From: Callorhinchus milii
Taxonomy: Eukaryota
Direction of reading: 5' to 3'
NCBI RefSeq assembly: GCF_018977255.1
Contig: NW_024704742.1
Location: 26,228,001 to 26,292,000, forward strand
DNA length: 64,000 nt
The stretch's first letter is position 1. Each line of letters begins with the position of its first letter. Of this stretch, positions 49,291 to 64,000 are shown piece after piece. The notes below the pieces were generated by a model. The model was not told where the DNA came from. It was given only the letters and a program-made list of their open reading frames with translations, and ran no database searches. The translations under genes were made by a program, and so were the position numbers.

Positions 49291-52200
49291 CTGTAAGTTT
49301 CGAGGAAGCACAGCAGAGATGAGTGAGTTACATTTTAACATCATAACCAGCAAAACAATGACACAGGTCTGGGGCATTTTAAACAGATTATGATGGTAAT
49401 ATCACAACTTGTAGAATAGCTCAATTATACAAGATCTCTTTCAGAAGACTCAATTCATTTTATTTATAGCTGGTAGTAGAATTTTGATGTACAAAGCTAT
49501 GCTTGTTATTTGTCTTTAAAATTCTGTTCAATATAGTGCCTCATGTATCTTTTTTTAATAAGCAAATTTTATATCTTAAAGGAACACTCCAACATGGCAA
49601 ATGTAGGGCCTTTTTTATTCCTTATTAAAGCCACACATTATTTTCATCAAGACAACCACCTGTGGAATTGATTCCCATCTTTGCTCTTTGTTTTGTGAAG
49701 ACAAAGTTGCCCTTTTAAATGGAAGGGGAGCTTGCGATGTAACACAAGGTTACTGTCTATATTCCAGGACTTTGCTTTCACTGAGAACAGCAGTCAAGAG
49801 ACAGATGCTGCCCTCAAAGGGATGTCGCTTGTTGCATGTTTTGATACATAGGCTTAAAGTGAGACCATCTTTAACAAAATGCATCTAACAACCTTTTTTA
49901 ATTTAAGAGGTAGAAGATCCATGTGCGATACATAATATGTAAGTGGCACATTGGTGCAGTGACAGAACTTATACCATTGCACCATGCTTTTCAATACCTA
50001 AAGACATGGTTGAAAAAACTAAAGGCCAGATCTTCATGTCAGCTTCATGTATCAAGAGATGAGAGACTGTAGATAAGAAGTAAATTCTCAACACACACTA
50101 TGGGAAGGACACAATAAATGGATCCAAACTAATTTTACTTCCGGATTTTATTTGGTTGTGAAGGCATCCGAAATGAACATTTTTCAAACCTTGCTTCCAG
50201 AAACAGCAGTGAACTCATATTCCAGCTGCAGCGCAATTTAATGCCACTGGAAGCTGGGCTCCCTTTACACCACACTTAAAAGAAACCATATTCTTTTGAG
50301 GATTACAATTACAATTCAGGATCAAAATTCCAACAGAGAGACTCCATTTACTTTTATTCCCAGGAGACTAGAAACCTTTTATGGATCACTAAATTGACAT
50401 AATACTACTTTTAATATTCATCCGTAATGTGTCTCACTAATATAGCTGTCAATCTGCAATAAAGTGCTGAACTTAATTTTTTTTACTAAGTTAAACAGCA
50501 CAAGAATTACAGTTAGCTCTAATATCTTTTATTTGAATTTCACTGTTAAAAAGATTCTCATGAATAATTAAGGAAAGGTGCAATCCTACTCAATAACTGT
50601 ATGTCCCTGTCACATAAAGTTGTTGAGATGGAATCAGGAGGGGTATTTAAAAGAGGGACTTACAGGTATTAAGGGATATGACAAAATTGGGCATTGGGTT
50701 AAAAGGGTTAAAAGATCTGCCAAAATAAAATAAACGTCAAGCAGCTGCTCAATGGACTGAAAGGCCTCTTCCTGGTTTCTGTTTTCCCATATTCCTGAGC
50801 TTTCAAGCTTTCAATGTACTTTGTATGTTTATACACCTATCTATAGTTACACATAATTTTAATAATGGCCAAGAATATTCAGTATATTCATATTTCTGCT
50901 ACTGAATATTCTGTTAATCAAAGCTAAGGCAACGATTGCAACAATAACTAATTATGGCTACCTCACTCAGTACAGAATTGTTTTGAGGAAACAGAGCAAC
51001 TGATCTCAACTCCAATATGTAGCCCATGTAGAGAACAAATACATGGGAAAGTCATTGAGAATAACTGCTCAGTTGCTGCTTGTAAACTGTGCTAAAGTCA
51101 GAGTACTAGTGTACCCTTCAATGTTCTTGAGCAATGTTCTTGTGCTAACCTTGACTCTTTCCCTCACAAAGGCTTTGATAATTGTGCATGAATGTGTTCA
51201 TATGTTTAGCAGAAATGCAGCAGGAAATTTTAGGATATAAATTAATACACTTTAAGAAGTTAACGATTTTCTCGTGGAACAAATGTATTCTATGCTGAAA
51301 TCCACTTAAAACGCAATATTAGATAACAGATAACAGAACGTCTGCCCTGATCACAGAAATATTTTGCCAAAGCGAGATTATATCTTCATAATACATTAAA
51401 CAAAGGCTACATACAACATCCATCAGCACGCACTGTTACCAGCAATGTTTATTAGACCCGAGCAGCTTAATTTGATTCTCATTTTACAACTGGAGTGAGA
51501 TGCTCTTCTCAGAAGCCCATGTTTTGCTATGACAGCATTTCTCTAGATGAGGACCTTCTTGCTGCAAGGAGACAACAGCTACTCTGCAAATGCACAGCCA
51601 CATGTGAAAGTCGTCGCTGTAAAGGGAGTTTCATTGCCACACAGCTCATTACTTAAAGGTTTTAGTGCTGCCAACTCTGTCTGCCCAGAGTGAACGCTTG
51701 GCGCTGAACTCAATTATTACCCAAGGGATAAAGTCAGGTGCTTCTAATTGGGGATAGGTTTCTCAGGTGCAGATCTTGCCCTTGGAATGCTGAGAGTGCA
51801 AGCTGCTCTGTAGAGAAAGCAAACAAAGTCCTTGAGAATAATTCAATGAACTGGCATATTTGACACATGTGTTGTGCGTGAAATAATAGATATGAACATG
51901 CCTTGGGTCCTGCTTCAGCAAAACATTGCATTTTATATCCTGTGTCTTAAGAACCATTCCAGTTTATACAATGTATATATTCTTGGGGGCACTTACCAGA
52001 ATCAGCGATATCGCGCAATCTCAATATCTTCCAAGGACTCCACTGTACAAGTCTCGGCCACTCATGCAAATGTTTCAGACTGTGAAGATCTGCTTCACAG
52101 CATCCATCAGCCTGGAGGTTGAATGCGATCTTCTCCTTGAAATTCTTGATGTTATGAAGTGCTTTTAGATATCCAGTCGGGCTCTGTCTTGCAAGAGGTA

Positions 52201-54089
52201 GCACTCAGAGACTCACATGTGAGCCTTAACATGTCATATTTTTAGGTAAATGAGTCCATTAGGTAGAGTTTCTAACTCGGCACTGGTCAGCTTGCTTTAA
52301 GGAGTCCCTTAGTACCAAAAATGTAGTAGTTTTAATTGGTTAAACTTGGCTTTAAGTACTGCCAAGTATTAAAACAAAGTATGTCTTTAAATCTCACTCG
52401 GGAGCTTCGCTAATGCTACTCTGATATTGTCGAAGTTCAAACTGAGGATGCAGCACAAAATCAACCATGGTATCTTAACGGTGTTGTGTGAAAATGATCA
52501 GCAAATCATTGCCAGCCCAATAACATTTAACACGCGTGCATACACACACACTTTGCTGATCTGTCAGGTACATTTTCTAATAAATGTTGAAACTTACATC
52601 CACTTAAGAATGGTCTTTTACCAGATTGTTTCCGTTTAGTGTGAAAATACTGTGTATTGTTAGAACAGTTTAATAAGATACAGGCACATTGCAATTACAT
52701 ACATCAAGCCTGACTCAGGTGGTAGCAAATTTCACTTCTAGGTCAGAAGGATGTGGGTTCAAGCCTTACGTCAGGATTTGAATTCATTGGTCTGACTGAT
52801 GTTCTTGTGCAGTGCTGGGGGGAATGCTGCATTGTCAAAAATACCTTCATTGGGATGAGATCCTAAACCAAGTTAGTCCTCTGTCTGCTTTTAGATGGGC
52901 GTTAAAAGATCCCATTCAACTGGCCAACAATCTTACAGATTAATTTGATTTGGGAAAATCTGATAACTACACCATTTTTCCTACAAAACCAATCACTACA
53001 CTTAACAGTAATTGACTGTGAAGCATTTTTTTATGTTTTTGTGACCCTGGAAACATTTGTAACATGAGGCGGTATAGAAATACGTATTTTTTCTTTCTAA
53101 ATTGTGGTGCTATTTTTGGAGGTTTCCTGTGCACACAGCCATAGTCTCCTTCCTAGATACATTACCATCTTTATCATTGATTACCTTTATTGCACAGTGA
53201 GGGTGAAGGGCATTTACAGATAATTTAACCAGGTTTGGAGAAAGAAGTGCACAATAACATCATTGTAGAATGGCTAAAATTCTTTTCTTTTCTTTATACT
53301 TTAAAATTAAACCTATTACAAGATCTATATGTAAGTACTTCCTCATCTACTGCTGATCTATTTCCTCTAATATCTGCCCCCAACAGTACAGAAAAAATGT
53401 GTCCCTTGTTTTACAGTATTTATTCCTCTCATTCCGTACAACTCCAACACTGTCCTCAAGCAGGTACTTATCCAATGAGTTCATCAACCAGCAGCAACTA
53501 TTTTACCTGGTGTCTGTTCACATAATTACTACTCAGTGGGGAGAGAGAAATAGTTTAACTTATCGTTAAGTTTCCTGAAACATATGTGCAACCACAGTAC
53601 TATTTCTATTCATAAAATATACAGTTCATTCACATTACCGTAATTTATGTTCTGAGAAGTGCTTTGAGTGATAAGGCAGTGTATCAAATGCAAGGATTAT
53701 TATTTCCATGGTAACTCACTGCATTTTTTAAAAAAATAAAAGATTTGCTCTTTCTTTCCACAATAGATAGGTAGTTTCCTAATTATTTACAGTTCACAAG
53801 ATCAGTTCTGGTGTGGAAGGCCCGTCAGGTCATTTGATCTCATTCTTCCACTTTATCCTATTGTCTTCCCATTAGCTTCTTAAATTAGTCAAGCATCCTG
53901 GCCTCAACCACCCTTCTTTGGTAACCAAATCCAGTCATGAATTACTCTCTGGGTAAAGAAATACTTCTTGGTATCTCCTGAAATTGCCCCTTGCAAGCCT
54001 AAACGTGTTTGTTGTAAGATGGTTTACTTACGCTCAATAGGATTGTTTAGTAGCAGAATAAGGTTTTGAGAAAGTGTTTACAAGGTATA

Positions 54090-54740
54090 AAATTTGAACC
54101 TCAGCTGTCCTTCCTACCCCACATTTGGTCTCTGTCCAGAACGGCTTTCACCTACCTCCGCCTCCAACCCTATCTCACACCAAATGCCGCCGAATTCCTC
54201 AGCCGCTCCATCTGTCACCATCCACCTTGATTTCTCAATGCACTTCTCATTGGTCTCCCCAGTTCCACCATTCACAAAGTACACCTCATCCAAACTCTGC
54301 CACCTGCATCCTCACCCACACCAAAATGCAGACACCTTTCACCCCACTCCTCACTAGGCTCCACCGTCCCCTCTGCCTTCAAATGAATCACTTTCAAGAT
54401 CCTCATCCTCACATACTTTACACCTTCCCTGCCTCTCTGATCTGCCCACCTCCTTTGCTCAGCTAACATAAGCATGGTGTATGACCCATGAACTATTTGA
54501 GTCAGTATCAGTGGTCTTGCTTTCAGCCACTACCCTCCTAATCTTTGGAATTCCCTGCCTCAATTCTTCTGGCTCATCCCCTCTCTATGTTTTTAAATTC
54601 AACCTGAAAACCTACCTCTTCGACCTGCCTGTGGCCACTTCCCCTTCCTCCCTTGCTTGGTGTCCAACCCCATCACTTTACAGCACTCTGAGACATTATC
54701 CTTCGTGAAGGGCACTTTATCAATGCCAGTTGTTGTTATA
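54090..54740 (+). mobile_element. L2 LINE 3' fragment, degenerate
   Basis: C-rich sequence with FKILIL, LWNSLP-like and FKFNLKTYLFD motifs and an L2 tail. Confidence 0.75.
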
Positions 54741-56291
54741 GACCATAGTCTTGATTAACAATACAAGCAAGCTGGTTATGGGACAAAAAATATCGATCTT
54801 GTGCTGGAAAGAATGCTTTGTATATAGACACAAATTCTATGTGTTTTCACTGGGGCAAAAGTACCAACACATGTACCTATATATGATGCAATTACATAAC
54901 CAATAGCCTCATCCTCTGCACGTACATTTCACATAGACTGTTCTTTATAAAATCATTATCTGGTGTTTACCAAATGGTAGCATCTCAATGAGCACAGAGC
55001 TTCAGGACAATGAGCCCATTTACAAACACAATTCTCCACTCAGTGGGTCCTCTGACCTTGTAAGGCTGACAGAAAAGAGGTGCCAAGCAAAGGCTGGCCA
55101 ATTTCACCCATCGTCGGAGGGGCAACAAAGCATGCATTTCTCATACACCTCCCAATTAGGTCTAAAATGCACTACTTGTAAGGAGAAGTCACAAATACTG
55201 ACTCCTGCTGGTAATTGGAAGTGCATCACACGAGCTTGCAGGAACTTCACAAAGGAAGCAGACTAGATCGGAGCAGAGTGACTCACATTCATATCTGCGA
55301 ATGGAAGTGCAGGGATCTAAGTATCACTGAGAGAAGTCAGGAGAAGATTGCACCCCGGCGTTCTTCATAAGAAATACTACAGGATATTTCGAAACTGAAT
55401 CTAATACAGTGGAATGCTATTATAGCCTCCTTTGATATAGCACTGTCTCATTTACAGCATTGGTGTTCTGTGTACCCACACTAACTAGAAGCATGGTATA
55501 TGCCTTGGGACAGCCTCCCAATGTGAAAGGCACTATACAAATGTAATTTTGTTGTTGTATACCTTATTGCTTGTAGTTTCTCAACTACATCCTAAAATAA
55601 TGTCCAGTTGTCAGATTGCTATCACCATTGCTTTCTGCATGTTACACACATGACTGCTATGCACAGGAAGTGTCGCTTATATCATTTTGCGAAGGAAGTG
55701 ACATTCAGTGACACTTCATACAGAGTTCAGAAAGTGGCAACTTGACAAGCTGGAGGTTGGCCACTTTACAGCATATCAATAAGATATGAGATTAGTGGGG
55801 AAGCAATTTACTTAAAGGGAAAGAAAAATAACGAATAACAAATGACTTACCTGACTTATTTAAATGAAGCTACAGAAATTAAAAATGTCTCAAGTATTTG
55901 TTTTATGCATTGCGTTTACAGTACCTCTGCTGATCTGCCTTCAGTTAACAATACATTCGGGCTTTACAGTATTTGCAACAACAACATAAAAATTATGGAA
56001 CTGAAGGAAGTTACTCATCAACACAAAGAAACATAATGACAAGGCACTCGGAAATGAACTCAGTGACATCTGCAACACATCATTACTCACTGCTGTTCAG
56101 AGCAATTTGTAGAAAACAAAAAAACTAGACACCAGGGTTTTCATTGTGTTTCGTATGAAGAATGATAAAATTGGTTTGGACATGCTTTATTTTGTCAATA
56201 AGTGAACATGATGCAATATTCACACACACAGAGTTGGGATGCGAATGGACTGCAGCGTCACACAGCAAACAATCGTGATGGAGAAATGTAC

Positions 56292-56357
56292 CTTCTCACA
56301 GAGCGAAAGCACAGTGCGAGCTTGAATTACTGCAACCTGCTCTTCGTTTCTGAGATT
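56292..56357 (-). CDS. JAKMIP1: JAKMIP1 exon (NLRNEEQVAVIQARTVLSLCEK)
   Basis: gtgtttcag|AAT...AAG|gtaca, 66 nt, phase 0/0. Confidence 0.95.
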
Positions 56358-57513
56358 CTGAAACACAAAGACATGCGTAACACCCTAAGATCAAGCTCAC
56401 AACTGAAAGTTAACCAAGTCAGCCCAATGCAGACTGGAGCCCAAAATTAAACTTCTTGGGGAAGGGAATGCGAGTCCTTAAGACGCTCATTAATATCTTT
56501 CCTAAGAGACACATTGACTCTGAAACATAGGAGAATTTCGGTGGTACTGTGGTTTAGTGCACTCTTACTTTCACCTCCAAGACTTGGGTTCAAATCCAGG
56601 CAGATATGTTACCTCAGCAGTATATAAAAAAAGTTGAAAAAAGTTCCATTCTCCAACTCTGACATAGCTCATACTAATGAGAATCAACTCAAAAAGGCCT
56701 TTGTTTTAAAGACAGGCAAAAACAACCCATGGGCTTATAAGAACAGGAATGCTTATATGCGATACAGTGCCTTTCAAGTCGGGAGCTTGCTTCACAGAAT
56801 TTTCTGTAAAGTGTAGTGACTGTGTATTTTGTAGGAAGAAACAGCAGCCAATTTGCACATGGCAAAAGTCCCACAATCAGCCATGAAGTGCATGAGTAAT
56901 TTTATTTAGGGGATTGTTGGTCAGGACAGCGGCAGAAATTCCCCTTTCTTTTCAAATAGCGCTGTGAGATCTTTAACAACCACCTGAACAAGAAGAGGAT
57001 GCCTTGTTTTAACGTCTCATCCAAAGGACAGCGCCTCAAGCAATGTCAGCTCCCCCAGTACTGCATTGGAGTCTCAGCCTGGAGTGTGAGTTCAAAGTCT
57101 CGATGTGGAGCATGAACCCACAATCTTCTGACTCAGAGGTGAGAGAACAAGGTTGTGATAAAGTATAGTAAGATGCTAAATATTTGAAAAAAAAGGAAAT
57201 GTAGTTGACCAAGGGTCACATATAGCACATACTGACGGATCTAAACTCAACAACTGAACAATATACTCGGCTACAAAATACACAGAGGATATAGTGGAGA
57301 ATCATGTTCACTTACAAAATACACAGATGCAGCACTCCAGAGTAAAGTCTGTAAAGCGTTTTGAGGCATTTCAATGACGTCATAAGGTGCTATATCAAGT
57401 GCAAGGATTATTATTAGTGAGAGGTGTAGTGGGTGATCTGGAGGAGAGTCTGGAATGAAAGGATATTGTGTGTGATCACAATGGGGGACCTTTGCTTTCT
57501 AAAGCAACCTTAC

Positions 57514-57567
57514 CCCATTATCTCCCAGGATGTCAAGCTTCTTCATTAGGTCGGGGATAACCACATC
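57514..57567 (-). CDS. JAKMIP1: JAKMIP1 exon (DVVIPDLMKKLDILGDNG)
   Basis: ctcttccag|GAT...GGG|gtaagg, 54 nt, phase 0/0. Confidence 0.95.
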
Positions 57568-58575
57568 CTGGAAGAGAGGTGCCTGTTATTAACAAGGAGT
57601 TAATCAGTGCGAAAATTACCACAATAATAACTAGATCCTGTAATTATCTTGCCTGAAAGTGCAAACTATTGAACATTCACTGCTTCTCTTCAACAGACTT
57701 TTATTTTATTAATTCAAAATTAATCCAGATGTTTCCAGCTAAAGCTTTGCAGAAAGGGCTCCTTTGTTGATATTGCACAGAAAGCCACAGACTTAGATGA
57801 AACACACATTTGGGCAACTCATTTTGAAGCATATTCCTAGTACACCCTTGTGTCTACCAGCTATTTCCTTCAGATTTTCAGACATTGCTTCAGGCTATAG
57901 GAACCCACTTTATTCTTTTTCTTCCTGTATTCAATGTGCTTAGCACCACTGAAGTCAGAATGGTGTACGGCTTTTTTAAGCTCTTCCATAGATTGTGGTC
58001 TTGGTGTATACTCAGTTTGACTTTTCATCAAATATCAGGTTTGGACCACAATATTCCAGGTTTGTTATGTTTCTTGTATGCATGAGTTTATTTCACTTGT
58101 TAATTATGTCCTTAAGGGAAAATCATACTATTTCTGTTGCATTTCTTATTGGAAACAATACAAATGATCTCTAGAAATATACACTTTTAGACAAGTGTAA
58201 GCAAAGTAACATCTTCAAGCATGAGGGTTAATAAACAATTCCTATCATCTGGCTTTTAAACATTGCCTCTAAAAATACCCACAAGCATATTAAAGTGAAA
58301 TTGTTTGGTAATGTGATTTTCTCAAAAGGCACACACACGCACACTGGTAACAAGACTCTCTCTTTCCACTGCATTCTTGACTGAAAATGAGTATATCTTT
58401 TAATAGGATACATTTATTACATTATTACAGAAATCGTACTGAATATCACATTACCTCACAGAACATTCCTTACACTGCACATGATGTGTGGAGCATGACA
58501 ATGATCCATACAAGACAGATTAGTTTAATGGCTAGCCACTGTACACGCGACAGGCCTGAATGAGAAAGCACTTGC

Positions 58576-58674
58576 CTTAATACCCTCTTGTTGGCAGTAG
58601 AGCTGCAGAGCACTTCCACTCTCAGAGAATGCAGATATATGGAGGTTATAAGCAGGGGATCTTCGCTCTCGCTC
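58576..58674 (-). CDS. JAKMIP1: JAKMIP1 exon (ERERRSPAYNLHISAFSESGSALQLYCQQEGIK), GC donor
   Basis: ccatag|GAG...AAG|gcaagt, 99 nt, phase 0/0. Confidence 0.93.
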
Positions 58675-59982
58675 CTATGGAATGGAAATGTTTTACACCC
58701 AGTCAGTTTTTTTTCCCCCACATTAGGATCAAAAGAGCCCAACAATATTCCAGAAGCACAATTCACAATTGAGAATAATCTTAGGCAAACATTGTGTGAT
58801 TTGTTGTTAATTGCTGCTACACACACCACTGCTTTTTGTCCTTTGCTTTTAATTCACTTGATGCCTTGCTGCTTGTTTTAAAGTAATGCAAACTGACTAA
58901 GTAAGATAGCTCTGATGGGCTGAAATACTATTTTAATGTATGATAACTATCTTAAGAAAGCAAGAAGTAAAAAGATCACTGCAGCGGTAATCTAACCCGA
59001 TATCCTTCTTAAAGCAAATGCCATTTAAAACAAGACTGTTGTAAGTGACAGACTCAACTTTGGATTCAGTGATTAAAGCATTTTTGCAGTTAAAGGCAAG
59101 GGAAGACATTATTACAATCCCTGCAACATAACAGACAATTTAACACTGTTATTAGGTTAACATTATATATCCATACTTACTTCACATCTTGCTTATAGGA
59201 TGCTGTTGAAATGAACCGGATGGTAAAGAAGCAGAGGGACATTGGAACAAAATGGGTTTCAGTGGAGTCATGCTCAGAAGCAGGGCATCTCCCCCAAATG
59301 ATGGTAAATAATAGATCACATGAAAGAATGCAAAACAAAACAAATAAAAAACAAAGCTTTTGGGTTAGTGTTTCTGCATACCTTGAAAATACAAGGTTTG
59401 CACCTGTAAATTTATTATTTTTATTGTGAATGCAACAAAGTTATGACAAAAACAAAGATCAACGAGAGTGTTCCGATGAGTGGTTCATGGACTACAAGGA
59501 CTGACAACACATACTAACAAATAGCCGCTAGAACAATTGCAGACTGAGAATCTGGAATAGTTCAAGAAACTAGGCTCTAAGCTTGCAGGAAAAGTTACCT
59601 TTCTCTTTCAAGATTAACAGCTCTCTTGCTTGGTACAGTTTCCCCAATATATTCCCCCGATCAAAAATGTTTGCCTAGGCTTCTGTGTGTACATAGGAAA
59701 ACTATAGTTTAAAGAAAGGTCTTGCATCATATCATATTTCTGAATTGCAGTTTCCCAAGTTTTTCACAGTTTCTGCACATTAGTGTATGGTGCATGAAGG
59801 GCTCCAGTGTAAATAAGGGACGCAAACAGTACAGTGAGTGTGCTACAAACTGAATCAGTATGAAATATGATAACTGTAGGCAAACCCAAGCCCCCATGTC
59901 ATAGTGAATGAAAGAACAATGCAGGGTTAATGAAACACAACAATGAAATGCAATTAGTAGCAAAAAACAAAATAGTTGTTTT

Positions 59983-59988
59983 TTTATT
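59983..59988 (-). terminator. Intronic polyadenylation signal for the short JAKMIP1 isoform
   Basis: AATAAA 180 nt after the read-through stop at 60168, followed by the U/GU-rich element TTTTGTTTTTTG. Confidence 0.55.
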
Positions 59989-60167
59989 AAGTGCAAAAAA
60001 AATTATAAATTAGACTCTATTTGTACAATTCAAATCATCCTCTAGACAATTAAAAAATATCGGCAAAGCTGTTGATTATACCATAAACTGAGGCAGTGAA
60101 ACAGCGAGACTCGGTTTAAAGGCAGTGCTCTTTAGCACACCAAAATCCAAAATGGCTACACTTGGAA

Positions 60168-60377
<210 letters not shown>

Positions 60378-62551
60378 TTACTGTCTCACTGGTTCTGGAA
60401 TCCACCCGACTGTGAAAGTAACTTAGGTCTGAGCTACCCTTTCTGAGCATTTTTTACATTACGATAAGTCTAATTTCCCCGAGTTAAGAGATCTCCTGCA
60501 GGTCTCTGCACAGCAATGCCAGGGACATGACTCTCTTTAAAGAATTCCAGGGTCAGAGTAACAGCCGCTCCACATTTTTCAGTGACACGGTGTTTAAAAA
60601 CACTGCTTTGGTAAGAAATTGTAGGATTACAGACATCTCACCAGTGGAAAAAGCTCTCTACATCTGAATCTGTATCAGGGAGTACCTTTTATGTCAAGCC
60701 GACTCATGAGACCTTGGCTCTGACCGAAAATCCCCTCAAGAGTTGAGGTCTCGGGAGTCGATGGGATATATATGGGTTTCTTTGCCTGAGACACAGTTTA
60801 CAAGGTGCCTTATCTGGTGCCAAATGTGCTTTTGCAATCCCCCAAACCTTGTTCTACAACTCGTACAGAACTTACATAAAACAAACACTGCTTAAGTCAA
60901 TACAAAGCGACAAGGGATATTGAGAACTAATTATCACAGCTTCAAGTTAAAAACATGGGCGTCAGCTACCTTAACACCCATTTGGGCCCCAAGTCACCCA
61001 GGAAAGCAGGATTGTTTGGAGTTATCCCATCTTAGCTGTCGTACTAATTGAAGTACTTCATTGAACCTCATGTTGACTTGGTTTGAGAAAGAAAAGGGAG
61101 GGGAGTAAGGTAGAATTCCTGTTCTTGATCACTAACCAGAAATTCCTGCTGATAGGACAAGAATGGGGATTGGCTGTGACCTCCCTATGGTCAAACTGCT
61201 GACTCTCACTGTCAATGCTAACTGAATAATGACCGCTGGGGTGATAATAATAATAATTCTTACATTTGATATTGCACTTTTCACATCAGGAGGACATCTC
61301 AAAGCGCTTCACAGGATATACTTCAAAGTCTGTGTAATTTGTAGGCGAACCCAGCAGTCAATTTGCACACAGCAATGTCCTACAAACAGCCATGAAGTGA
61401 ATGCCCAATTTTATTTGGGGGATTGTTGGCCAAGGCACGGGAGAAACTATTTAGTCTTTTTGAATAGTGCCGTGGGATCTTTAACAACCACCTTTCACAA
61501 AAATCACCCTTGTGCTGTAAAATGCAAAGTTGAGGGAATTTTATATGAAAACAAATAAATTAAAATTTGCATGCTCGGCTGGTTCAGCCCTTTGTGCTGT
61601 GGCTACAAAGTATGGTCCATTTCATGAATTTGTAGCTTGCGTGCATTAAAATGTCAAGTACAAAACAGTAGACTTATTTCCTTTGATCATAATGCAAGTC
61701 ACGCTCCCTTTCTTTACCTCAAGATGTTTCAAGCTGTGAAGTAGAAGATGGCCATTAAACCGGTGTATGAAGCGAAATGCAAAATCTCGTACTTCAGTCA
61801 GAAAATACATAGTGTCAAACTGAAGACCGAGTGCACAAGAGTAAATCCAGAGTGGCTTTGGCCCTTTCACTCCAATTGTGTGCAACTTACATGGCCTTAC
61901 AATCATAACCTCAGCTGTGTCTCCCTACAGAGATCCCGAGGGTAGTTTGATGCTATGATGGGATTGCTGATAAGGTGGGTATTCTTGAGGGATGAAATCA
62001 AATGCAATTCAAATCAATCTTGTGACATTGTGAAAGGCTAGGTATTTTCATATGGGTTGGCGAGGGGAGTCAATACCAAAAATAATTAAAGCATCATTAG
62101 GGCAAGTATAGTCAGGCAGATATTTAGAGCATTTCCAGCAGCTATATACAAAGCAGCAAAGCCAGAGGCCAGGGCAGGTGTTCTAGCCACCCCCAGACCA
62201 GAGGTACATTAGGCACTGAAGGAAATTTCAATGGTTTTTCACTAAGAGACGATCAGTACTCAGACAGTGTTACTACACAACAGCAGCAAATGCAAGATCT
62301 CTGAGAAATAAAACATCAATTTTAGCGAGAACAGAAGGTAGTGCACAGCCCGCAGTAGGTGCAAATAGTCATATTAAGTCACTTGACTACCTTGCCATAT
62401 GAGGTTAGTTCAAATGAGCATGAAGAGCTCTTCTCCCAGCTGGCAAAGTTGAGGTTGTTAAATGAAAATATTGACCGTCTCCACGAGAAAGGACAAAAGA
62501 CAAGGAACCAATGGACAAAAGGCCAGAAAGTACAAGCACTGGGTCATTTAC

Positions 62552-62614
62552 CTTCTCTGCCAGTTCCTGGTTGTTTTTAAAAAGTAACTGTTTTTCTTCC
62601 ACCCATTTTGAGTC
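62552..62614 (-). CDS. JAKMIP1: JAKMIP1 exon (DSKWVEEKQLLFKNNQELAEK); the gene continues beyond the window end
   Basis: ttttag|GAC...AAG|gtaaat, 63 nt, phase 0/0. Confidence 0.95.
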
Positions 62615-63754
62615 CTAAAAATATACAAACGGCAAGAACAAAAAAGGAAAAAGTTAAAAAAATTATAAAACTGCCCCGCAAAGAAAAAACGCCAGGATAT
62701 ACCTTCACTGTCACTGCAACGAGCAAAAAATCCAATTATTGTGTTTTGAAAGGATAAAGAACATTTATTAAAAAAATAAAATATATTAAGACTATATATT
62801 TAGAGACATAAAGGAAATATAGTCTAACTGTTGACCACAGATGCTGCTCAAGTATCCATCTAAGCTCTGCTACCACTAAATTTTCTTTTTAAAGTAATGC
62901 AACTTTTTTTGTCCCTCTAATGGTGAAAATATATTTTTAAAGTAGATACTTTTAAAGATACTAGAAACAGACTTCACCGAGAAATACAAGATGCATTCAT
63001 TTACACACTTCTTTGTGCTCCCTCAACACTGAGCCATTGAGGTCACCAGCAACAGATAAGCAATGATACAACCAGTCCTGTCTTACTATAACAGTCCTCA
63101 GTCACTTGCACTGAAAAGGACTTGAAGCAATAAATAGAGTGGAATTTTTATTTCATAAAACTGTTTGTGTTTCTACATACTGTAACACACTGGTTCAACA
63201 GAAAGCTCTACTTACATATCTCAATAAATGGAGGGAGGATGGAAAAAAAAGATTCCGCACAGAAACTGAAATAATTTAAGATCAAATCCATGAAAATCAC
63301 AGCAAGCCAAATAAAAGCAGGACCTTCTAGAAAATGTGGCCGATTCAAATTCTATATTAGCAAAAAGCACAGAGGTAGTGAAATCCAATGCAAGTCAAAA
63401 CATAACCTTAGTGTTGACTGTTTTGTACAGTAATAGCCTGTTAGATGAGATTTTCTAGAGAACAGTTCATTGCCAATGATTCTATATTTCAAAAATTGAG
63501 GAAAGTAGGGGAGAAGTGTACTTTGTACTGAAGTCACCTGGCTATCTATTTTAAAACTACAGAAAAATCCCATGAAGGTGTAGATTAATAAACCTAGAGC
63601 TTGCCAGCCCTGGTAATACACTATGTACAAGCATGGCAGTGTGCAATCAGAATGTGAGAAGGGATTTTTTTTCAGGGAGAAACTACATTTATCGTATTGC
63701 ATGGATTAGGGAGGCAACCCAAACACAAATTCAATTTACGTCAACTCAATTTGC

Positions 63755-64000
63755 ATCCCTACCAACCTGCCCGCTCCCTCCGCTCCACTCATCAGGCTCC
63801 AGCCTGCTCCATGTCTCCCGCCTGACCCGCCCTACCATCAGTGGTCAGGCTTTCAGCCTCTCTGCCCCCACACTCTGGAACTCTATCTCACGGTCCCTTT
63901 GCCTCGCTTCCTCCCTTGCATCCTTTAAGACCCTTCTCTTCGACCATGCCTTTGGTCTCCCTCCCACCTCTCTGCCTTCCCTCACCCCTACACCACCCTC
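63755..64000 (+). mobile_element. L2 LINE 3' fragment
   Basis: Collinear with 20260-20510 (ggc.ttca.cct.tctgccccca...tggaactc...ctcttcgacc.tgc). Confidence 0.8.

Noticed and set aside
55563..55591. Micro-exon DVVEKLQAI resembling the DVVIPD exon
   Set aside because: It is 29 nt and frameshifting, its donor abuts a repeat tail, and the true exon is at 57514-57567.

Overview
Eukaryotic, repeat-rich vertebrate genomic DNA. The dominant tRNA-headed SINE, Deu-type SINEs and L2/CR1 fragments suggest a cartilaginous fish, probably a holocephalan (chimaera/elephant-shark-like; inference). All recognisable genes are on the minus strand. 62614->29408 holds the last 10 coding exons of JAKMIP1, ending in the tail anchor FLFLFLFFSLAFILWP*, plus an intron read-through short-isoform tail. 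24414->~2216 holds a ~16-exon C4orf50 (DUF4527-type) orthologue of about 1,490 codons, with one 1-nt frameshift near 9252. Between them lies an unexplained 2.35-kb single-exon coiled-coil ORF (28363->26015, 783 codons to a phase-0 donor) that shares a degenerate repeat with C4orf50. The splice signals allow JAKMIP1, this ORF and C4orf50 to be joined, either as a read-through/polycistronic mRNA or as a ~3,100-aa fusion lacking the membrane anchor. This architecture is the most interesting feature of the window. Exon boundaries were read manually. Homology calls rest on recalled human protein sequences and need database confirmation. Repeat boundaries are approximate.
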